From positions 106,149 to 126,148 of the forward strand of contig KZ538133.1 in NCBI GenBank assembly GCA_000934665.2: DNA of 20,000 bases. The letters run 5' to 3'. The stretch comes from Catajapyx aquilonaris. Lineage: Eukaryota. Positions 11,927 through 20,000 of the stretch are shown in pieces; within the stretch, counting starts at the first letter, position 1; every line of letters starts with the position of its first letter. The notes below the pieces were generated by a model, which saw nothing but the letters and a program-made list of their open reading frames with translations, did not search any database and was not told where the DNA came from. A program made the position numbers and the translations under genes.

Positions 11927-11940
11927 ATGCAAATTTGCAT
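11927..11940. promoter_or_regulatory. Palindromic double octamer (POU) element
   Basis: ATGCAAATTTGCAT = ATGCAAAT (11927-11934) overlapping ATTTGCAT (11933-11940). Confidence 0.4.
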
Positions 11941-14900
11941 CAATAAGCCATTATATTATTCAGCCTTGTTTGTATGCATATATTAAAATGTACTTTCTCT
12001 TACAGTTTGCACATTTTCTCGAGGCACGTAAGAAGTAGGGCTAAATCAATTTATAGTGTAAACTTATTATGGAGAAAGTAATTGGAACATTTTTTCCCCC
12101 TTCCCAGTGAAAGACATTTAAAGGTCTATAAAGAGAAGGGTTTCCAGCAAAAAAAATCTTGAAGTTAATATCCGTAAGGGAATGACGCCAATCAGATTCT
12201 TAATTAGCTCCAATGGGGCCAATTGATCGTTAAAAGGCGAGCACCCACCCCTCCAAAGAAATAAAGAGTCGGGGAGCCAGGAAATGGAAGGGTAGAAAAG
12301 GAAAAGATAAGGGTCTGCTTGCACAATTCATCGTCTGGAGAGTAAAAGATAATACAGTGGGTATAGCGAAGGGGGAAAATTACTGCAGAAAAATCTTCAG
12401 CCTTGTGTTATTGAATTGTGCGTAACAATCCTAATAATATGTGATCATACCAAATATTGAAAAAAAATCAGGCACGATTCCATAATGTGTCAATAACTGA
12501 CATCACGGACGTCTCGCTGAAAGTCCATTTTCATGACATATGCAGGATTCTCAAAACAAAATCTGTCATCTTGCCCTTTCCACAGAAGCCAAAGAAATTG
12601 CAACGTTATATTGCAGTGGCAGATGTCGCCTTTCAAGAACTGAGTCTGACGCTATTTTCATATGCCAGCATGCTACTGACATATCAAATTTGGATTTTTG
12701 TGACATCTGCCCTTCATGCGGGATGTGACATTTTTTGTAAGCAGAGGTACACTGAATAAATGGCGATAATAATTCCCCTTTAAACCCTAAAATGTGTATG
12801 CGATATTTAAAATAAGTTGCTCATTCAATTGTGGTAAATATACACTGTATGCTGACAGCATCAGGGACAAAATATCACCCTTCTTCCCGAAGGCGTCGCA
12901 GCTGCTAGTTTATGGAAGCTTTTCAACATGTTTCAAGTTCATGCGTAATTTGATGTCTGTCGCTCGCTTTCACACATTTCATTCACACATTCACATTTAT
13001 TATTGTTTTCCCTCTAATAATTCGGACTCTATATGAACAAGTGGTTACATACTGTCACGCTGCGGTTCCTTTGTTGTTTGAGTGACACAAGCTTACTCAG
13101 TGACAGGAATTGTGCACAGCAACTTGTTTGCTACAACTGCTATGTAGGGCGTAAAGTATGGCCAAAACCATCACAGCTAGTGCGATTAAACTAATATGAA
13201 AAATACAAATGATAAATAACAACAGTGTCACTATATGGGAAGAAACGTTGGGCTGATTCAAATATGCGTCCTATGTCAAAAGGACATTTCAACTGGAACA
13301 CCCTGTGTATGTACGTTTAATTTCCCTATGTAAACAACATTAAACTCTGGGAAATGCTTAAGAATTTTCTGCACACCACAAACTGCCTCAGCGTCACGTA
13401 ACAAGTCGCTTTACGTGTGCGAAAGTGTTGTAACCATAATTCTATCTTTTACATGCGATAAAGATCCGCCATAAGAGGTCCTCCATAAAGTGCGTCAAGG
13501 AGATTCTTGCATATTTGACCCTCCCTATCGCCATGTCACGCATAGTCACGCAGAGCTAATACCTCTTTAGAATGGTATGTCTCGACTCTATACGAACAAA
13601 AGTAGGTCTATAATTCGCCCACCCTAAGAATTTTTCTAAGGTTCAACAGTATGTGTAGAGTTTCATCTTTCTTATGTGATAGTTACAAAATAAGTTATTT
13701 GGCTATTGCTATAACCCTATAGTGGAAATCGAGACAAAATATTTAGCTGTTACATACGTATGTTCTCTCATTATATCAAGACAAAAATGGACACTCCCAA
13801 AAGTTATATACAGTTGTACAGCGTGATTTTAACCGGAACTCTGATCAGTTTCAGCAGAACTACCTCCACAGCCGTCCAACCAGAAACAGTTACAAATTGG
13901 TTGAGTTTTATTTAATTTTTTTTCCCCTGCACATGCATTTGTTCAGCATTCCTCCGGAAGCCCAGGTCGATGACGTGTCCTATACCGAAGGGCCCGACGC
14001 TAAAATTTGTAAATTCCATTTCCTGATGCAGCACGTGTTCACCCCGATCTCATTTAATTCGTATTCGTGGGCCATGTTTTGAAACAAGCTTCAATTGATT
14101 TTCGACCCACGTTCCCGAATTTGCACCAATTTTCTCACGCCTCTCAAACCGAATCCTAGTTTCCAAGCAATCAACGCGAGCAGAATAGCAAACCCTACCT
14201 GGTAAAGAAAAAGTGCAGCTCAATATAAGCTACCAGGCTCTAGTCTCTACAAAGGGTGTATATATATAGAGTGACAGTTTATTGCACCCATAACAAAGCC
14301 TTTGATAAATCGGAATATGGTGCCTGTTATTCCCTGCCAATATGGAACTTCACAAAAACACAAAAGAAATATGGAGGACGATTGCGGATGTAATAAGCAA
14401 GTAGGGTCTATTATATTCATATTTTCAATCGCCTTTATTTTGGTAGTTCATTGCCTCACGTCATCTTTGGTTTTATGGGTTTTGTCGCTTCTACATCACT
14501 ATAGCTTCAAGTCCAAAAAAAACCTAGTTTCTGTTGAAAAACACCCCTACAGTGCTGCCTAATGTCTGACAAAAGCAATGGAGCAGGCCTGTCGAGGTGC
14601 TGCCCAATCCTATGGAGCAAATAAGTGGCGAGAAAAGACAGGATAAAAGTGCGTCGCTTTTTATCCGGAAGGTAGAAATGAATTAGACGGCAAAGCGAAC
14701 GTGTCGATACGAGTTGGGAATGTGAGCCTTAAGGAAACAGCACCTCGCAAATTGGCTTCCAAGTTGGAGGCCAATCGTATATAGTAGAAGAGAGATTCCC
14801 AACCAGGCATGTCCCCCTTTTCCTCCTCCTGTGAAACCCCCCTTTCCTACCACCTAGGCCTCCATCCCCAGTGCACTTTGGCTGTGCCTCAAACGGATTA

Positions 14901-14979
14901 TGGGATCCCCTAAGGATGCTGCCGAAATGGACCTCTCCGGATTTCCTCCGATTCCTTTTATCCGGAGACCAAGCTTCCA

Positions 14980-14989
14980 GTGACGTCAC
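14980..14989. promoter_or_regulatory. Full palindromic CRE (CREB/ATF site)
   Basis: GTGACGTCAC, a perfect 10-bp palindrome in a locally GC-rich segment with nearby TCCGGA motifs and CCAAT (~15059). Confidence 0.4.
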
Positions 14990-16160
14990 ATCTCAACGCC
15001 ACTCCGCCTATATCGGACATGACACTTCTCCTGCACCCAACAATGCCGACTCAATTTCCAATCAGGCTCGGTCTTGTGACTCGGATATACCAGGTGAATG
15101 CATGTGATGGGAGAAAAATGTTGAAAGCGCACCCACGTTATTGAGTGTCAGTATTAGGTGTCACATACACTAAGCCAAATGTTATGTCACAATAAGCATG
15201 ATCATACTTAATGCTCTCTTTACAAGATGTGCTTATTTATGGTTATCTTTGCTCTATAGATATACAGTGCACCTCCCACGGGCTTACATTGTTTACATTA
15301 TTCATGGGTAAACAAAAAACAAATGCGGTTATGTACTTTCGCTAGGTATCATCAGAAACAAAAACATATTCTGCAAAAATTCATATATTCATCCCTAGAT
15401 ATTTGGTCTATACTGGAATAATGCGAATGTTCCAGATATTTTGTACGTATTGTGCGTGTGTTTCCACCTGTGGTATCCGGAAGCATCCCGACAGCGCCAA
15501 TCCTACGTGGAAAACGTAAACTATACACCATCCCTGCGCAACAAAGTCACATATTTCCTCCACTATGACAGTTTACAACCTCTGATACCTGAATCTACAA
15601 TACCCTTCGCGATTAATAAAGACCTACACATCACGTTTCCTCTCTGAAAAATAGTCCCCACTCAGGGATCCTATATGGATCCTGATACATCTCTCTCTGC
15701 CGGTTCAGCCGATAGATAGCCCCAGAGTGCATGAAGGGTCGACTTTGAAAAACACGGCTGTAAAGTGCAAGTGGTCGAGAAGGATTTGGGCTGAGAAAGC
15801 GGCAAAGACAAGGGTTGCTTCCCCAAGTGGGTGACTTGAATGCAGAGCACGTCTCTCAAAGTAGGAGAAGACCTCTTGGGACGCATTGGGGTGCCCGCAA
15901 GATGGCTCTGAGCTGCAGCACTGCGACGGAGCAAGACACAGCAAGCCAAGCCATGCCCGGACACGTCCAGCACTAGGGCATCGCATCGCCACCCTCCGAC
16001 TAAACTGAAGGCAGTTTGTATAAGTGCCAACAAATTGCACCCAATCGAGATGCTGATTGGATGGGGTGCAGTAGGAATAGTCGAATGCGGCAGTCGGCAC
16101 GTGGAAATGGTGGCAAGTACGGCCTCGGCTAATAAACGACCCGCATGGGCATTGATGCGC

Positions 16161-16180
16161 TACAGGTACCGGTACCGGTA
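16161..16180. repeat. Hexamer repeat (TACMGG)3 containing the 14-bp palindrome TACCGGTACCGGTA
   Basis: tacagg taccgg taccgg ta. Confidence 0.75.
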
Positions 16181-17710
16181 TTTAATTCGGCGTCGCAGGA
16201 CAAACCGGCTCACAAAGGTCAACAACTGATATGAGCCAGTATTACACGCAGAAGTCATAACTTGAGTGGCTAAATTAATATGAAGCTCCATATAGCCCAT
16301 TTGTTTATTTTGGCGCTCGTCAGTGTCAAGACTGCATAACATGCCACGTGCGGAATCAGTGGCATATGCGTGTGTTTCATAATTTAGCTCGCATCCGTAT
16401 CGATAAAGTTTTCGAAAGCACTCGCCTTCAACTTTGGAGTGTAGTCATGTGTTCCATTGAAGTGCCCATTAAACTGGCTTTCCAGCGATATATGTCACTC
16501 ACTTCTATACACTCGGCGACTGGAAATGAGCCTCCGCCAGATTTTCATGTCGTGTCATGAATATACGCTCTGACTTGTACTGCTATGTGTACTTCAGTAT
16601 GAGGAGATATAGTTGGCTAGTTTATTTTCATTGTGGGCGGATTACTTTCGTGACAAGCAACGTGGCAGCAGTATCAAACTTTTTGAACAAATTCTTGTTT
16701 GAAACAAACTATTGGTGAATCACTAGGATCGATCCTTCGAACTTCTTGAAGAATGAATGACATGCCCAGCTCCTCCTTCCCTGTCCCCTTGGGCTGTCCC
16801 ATGAGCTGGAAGCCTCTCTAAAAGAATAGTAATAATGGTGGCAAAGTAAATATAAATGGCCTATAAGTATACTCGAAATGAAGCACTCTTTGCATCTTAT
16901 TTTCACGGATAGGCCTACTATGGACATAATTAAATACCATTATAAATAAGCACATAATATGGTTCTAATATTATTTTCATGACTAATGAGAGTCTCCAAG
17001 CACAAAAAGGGCAGCTTGTATATTATTTTGTAATCATGCATCTTATAATCGTAGTAATTTATGATACCTTCCATGTGGGGCATATGCAACTGCTCTGTTT
17101 ACACCATGTGTCCAAAAAAACTTTAGTACTCTACAAAGGTAATAAGCATTTTCAGACCAGATCAAAAGTTTGATTTGCGCACTATTATTAATGAATTATA
17201 CGATTGCTTCATGATGACGTATTACCTTTATTCTGTAAATATCAATCTCTATCATTAACAGTATAGTGATATGTCGACACACCCAGTATGCAAAACAATA
17301 TTAATTTCTAAGTGTGCCTAATTTTCTGCCAACTGTGCCCTGATTTGAATGTGTCCTGACTTTCCATGCCAATAAAAACTGACGATGTGCCTGCCAATGT
17401 CTCTCCATGCGGATGTTACAACTGTCACCGTTTTGTCATGCCTTTTTGAACTGGATATTTTTACTGCACATTTACTGTAGCTGTTGCAAACTTCTGACCC
17501 CTGATAACTTTTGCATACTACCATTCTAAACTACAATTGACCTCATTTTGCCAATTTTAACAGAGTGAATTCATACGAACATATCTCAACTAATATGAAG
17601 CCAAAGTTCACGCCTTTGCAACTTTTTTTAAATTATGTTGTTGACGCTTTTTTGCTCTTAAATAATGGAAATATGTATTCATATCATATACATATTTTAA
17701 TTAATAATTT

Positions 17711-18110
17711 CAAGATGGCGCACCACACATCTGGCAATCTTGACTCAAACAGATCCGCCATATTGCTTTGTAATGACGTCGTAGCACCTTCTCAGTATTC
17801 ATTCGCGTATCCAACCAACTTTCCTTTCGAGCCTCGTTTCTTTTTACTTTTTTATTCTCGTTTTTTTACCTTTTTTTCGGGCCTCCCTCGCTCTTCCGGA
17901 TGATTGAGAACTTTTTTCCTTTCCCTAGAGAATAGTTTGGTTCCCAGGTCACGTGTAGAGAGGAGGGAAATGGCGCCCGGATTTCCCGCCCCTTTTCGAG
18001 GCCACTTCCTAATCTCCAGTTTCTCTCTGGTTGCCCGGATTTTAGGCGAGAACTGTGGTTGTTGACTACACTGCATAGTACACCCTATATGTTGACGCAT
18101 TTTTTATAAA
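17711..18110. promoter_or_regulatory. Promoter-like module (YY1, CRE-like, ETS, E-box, E2F, TATA-like)
   Basis: CAAGATGGCG (17711) and inverted CCGCCATATTG (~17755), TGACGTC (~17774), CTTCCGG (~17893), GTCACGTG (17948-17955), TTTCCCGC (17982-17989), CACTTCCT (~18003), TATAAA (18105-18110). Locally CpG-rich. Confidence 0.4.
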
Positions 18111-19686
18111 AAAAATCCATGAAATTTTCACATTGCTTTGTAAGCATATACGAGTCATTGGCTATGAAATTCCCTTTTGACCTTACTTACTGAACTTCTG
18201 AAGACACAACAGATCACCTTCGAGTCCAATGGTTTGAGTCAACCAATCAGGACTATGTTACAAAAGATCGCACGATTTCAATCGGCTATGGAGCGTCTAT
18301 ATGAAGCACCCAGTGAATGAGCTGCAGTGTTACTGTAAAAGGCTCGTCTGTTCAAATTGCCTCCAAAGGCAACTTGGAGCGTGCAAATGCATAATTTTTT
18401 GAACGTTTGATTAGCTGTGAGCGTGCGTTTCATCAACTTGAATGCTAGGGCGAGAATGAAAACATTTTCAGCAGATGACTTACCCATTTTTTTCGGCAAA
18501 ATGTAGGCTAGTTATAGGAATAGAGGACCCACAAGAACGAGCATGAGAGCCTTGTTATAAACATTAATGACTAGGCATTAGCCTAGTGTATAGGGGACGT
18601 TGTGACAGCTTGGCACAGCAGGAGCAGAGGGTTACTGAACCACTCAGCATCCCCTCCCGCTCGTACCATTCGTGTACCCAGAAAATGTAAACATGCCGAA
18701 AAAGTGTACCCACTCCCTACAAAAATCATCATTTGGGACTGGAACAATATTTCAGGCCATATGCAGCCCACGATTCGACTCTGGCGAGTATGTCGCAATG
18801 AAGCCAGGAAGTACGAGTATTTCAGCATTGTCGTTCATTCGTTGTTAATGTGCCAAGAAGTAAACATAATTTCATATGAAATACCGTTCACCGTACTTTA
18901 AAGGGAAAATCATAATAAACGCAAGGTGCACTTTAGGGATACAACATTTACAGATGGGCAGCCTTTAACGTGTGAATATTTGAACCCTGATGTTACGAAC
19001 TCTGAGTGTGAATTTGGTACCCGGTTAGACATCTCGTTAAGCATTTAAATGACATTCTGACCGCTAGGTTACGAAAATAGAATGCTATCCTCTCCTGAAA
19101 TTGTAGCACTGTTACTGAGACAGTTCGCGTTAGCTTATAATTCCAAACAGTCATGAAAATAGCTATCTACACAATCTATAGTCAATGAATAATTTAGACT
19201 TTATGCAGCTGTAGAAATATCATCGGACGACACAGTAGTAATTTTGTATCTTGCGATTACAGTAATTCTATGCAAAACTCGTGAATATTTTACCAAGTTC
19301 GAAACTACTTTAAAAATAAAGCACGGGCGAATGCAAATGGAGCTGAACTAGGCATGAAATGGGACGGCACGGTTCGAGTGGGGTAATTTTGGTCATACCC
19401 ACTGGAAGAACTAGTCTGCCAACCGTGGGTATGTTTCCCATGATACGTGCCTGGTAATGTGAAGCTACTCCGCCAGTTGGAAGCATGATGACGGCAAAGA
19501 ATTACATGATTCCTGTATTTTGGCCACGAGCATGATTTCCTCGCCCTTTTACCAGTTTCATTAAGGTCTGACGAGCCATTTCCACGTCATATTATAAGAG
19601 TACTTGCCTATTACGTACATAAAAATGTTAATAAAAAATCGAGTACATTATGCACATTATTTTTATTGTGATTTCTATTCACGATA

Positions 19687-19986
19687 TCTATATAAATGAA
19701 GCCGTTTGTGAGTCTGTCTATCTGTCCGCCTGCCAACCGTCATTTGCCTGCCATCTGTGCTCCACCCCCAGGCCGGGAGAGGATGGAGGTGTTGGGGGTT
19801 CACTACAGATGGCAGGCCAATGATGGTTGCCGTTATGGTTATACATGCGGGAGAGGTGGAAGGTGTTGGAGTAGGAGGATCACAGATGGCATTGGTGGGC
19901 GGACATACAGAACGACAGACAGTTGACGGGGCAGGTGTTTTCCCTTCATTCATTTCTTCCCGGGCAACGCCGGGTGCCGCAGCTAG
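19687..19986 (+). mobile_element. Non-autonomous Helitron (rolling-circle transposon), full length, 300 bp
   Basis: 5' end TCTATATAAATG starts right after A19686, followed by a TCTG-like 4-bp periodic tract (19712-19734). Subterminal GC hairpin CCCGGGC-AAC-GCCGGG (19959-19974) ends 8 nt before terminal CTAG (19983-19986), which is followed by T19987. Insertion is between A and T with no TSD. These are the canonical Helitron hallmarks. No RepHel ORF is present. Confidence 0.88.
19712..19920. repeat. Inverted repeat plus ~74-77 bp tandem duplication inside the Helitron
   Basis: 19734-19758 vs 19805-19829 is a 23/25 reverse-complement match. 19749-19759 vs 19881-19891 is 11/11, 19723-19736 vs 19892-19905 is 12/14, and 19712-19718 vs 19914-19920 is 7/7. 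Direct repeats: CGGGAGAGG (19774/19848), AGGTGTTGG (19787/19861), ACAGATGGCA (19805/19882). Confidence 0.9.
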
Positions 19987-19988
19987 TA

Positions 19989-20000
19989 TACAGGGTGTCT
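19989..20000 (+). mobile_element. Possible left end of a Tc1/mariner-type element or MITE (TA + CAGGGTGT...), truncated by the window edge
   Basis: TA followed by CAGGGTGTCT resembles TA-flanked CAGGGTG termini of Tc1/mariner elements. Only 10 bp are visible. Confidence 0.3.

Noticed and set aside
14020..14033. 13/14-nt similarity to miR-217 on the minus strand
   Set aside because: Seed mismatch, divergent 3' half and no precursor hairpin.
19371..19380. GGTTCGAGT B-box-like motif (tRNA/SINE)
   Set aside because: No properly spaced A box and no cloverleaf.
321..19415. Other CTAGT motifs as additional Helitron ends
   Set aside because: By eye, none has a strong GC hairpin ~8-12 nt upstream together with a matching TC start.
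58..19953. All other six-frame ORFs (60-177 aa)
   Set aside because: Short, overlapping on both strands, often non-ATG starts, low complexity, and no recognisable protein motif.
1..20000. CRISPR array or prokaryotic operon/defence system
   Set aside because: No regularly spaced repeat-spacer units and no gene-dense coding organisation; the sequence looks like eukaryotic non-coding DNA.

Overview
Eukaryotic (animal-like), essentially non-coding 20 kb window, probably intergenic or intronic. By eye it is moderately AT-rich, keeps many CpGs and has poly-C/poly-G tracts. This resembles an invertebrate genome, possibly a deuterostome such as amphioxus, but the taxon is an inference only. None of the supplied ORFs resembles a protein family I recognise, and I found no rRNA, tRNA, CRISPR array or convincing known miRNA. 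The best-supported feature is a complete 300-bp non-autonomous Helitron at 19687-19986: A|TC start, GC-rich 3' hairpin and CTAG|T end. Its interior has an unusual fold-back, with one left arm able to pair with either of two tandem right arms. A possible Tc1/mariner-type terminus starts 4 bp after it. There is also a (TTA)21 microsatellite. The rest looks like a cis-regulatory landscape: homotypic clusters of homeodomain, Sox and TALE-type motifs, a good CTCF site, a double octamer, nuclear-receptor half-site arrays and a promoter-like module near 17.7-18.1 kb. These regulatory calls are motif-level inferences. I did not find evidence for a new protein-coding system.
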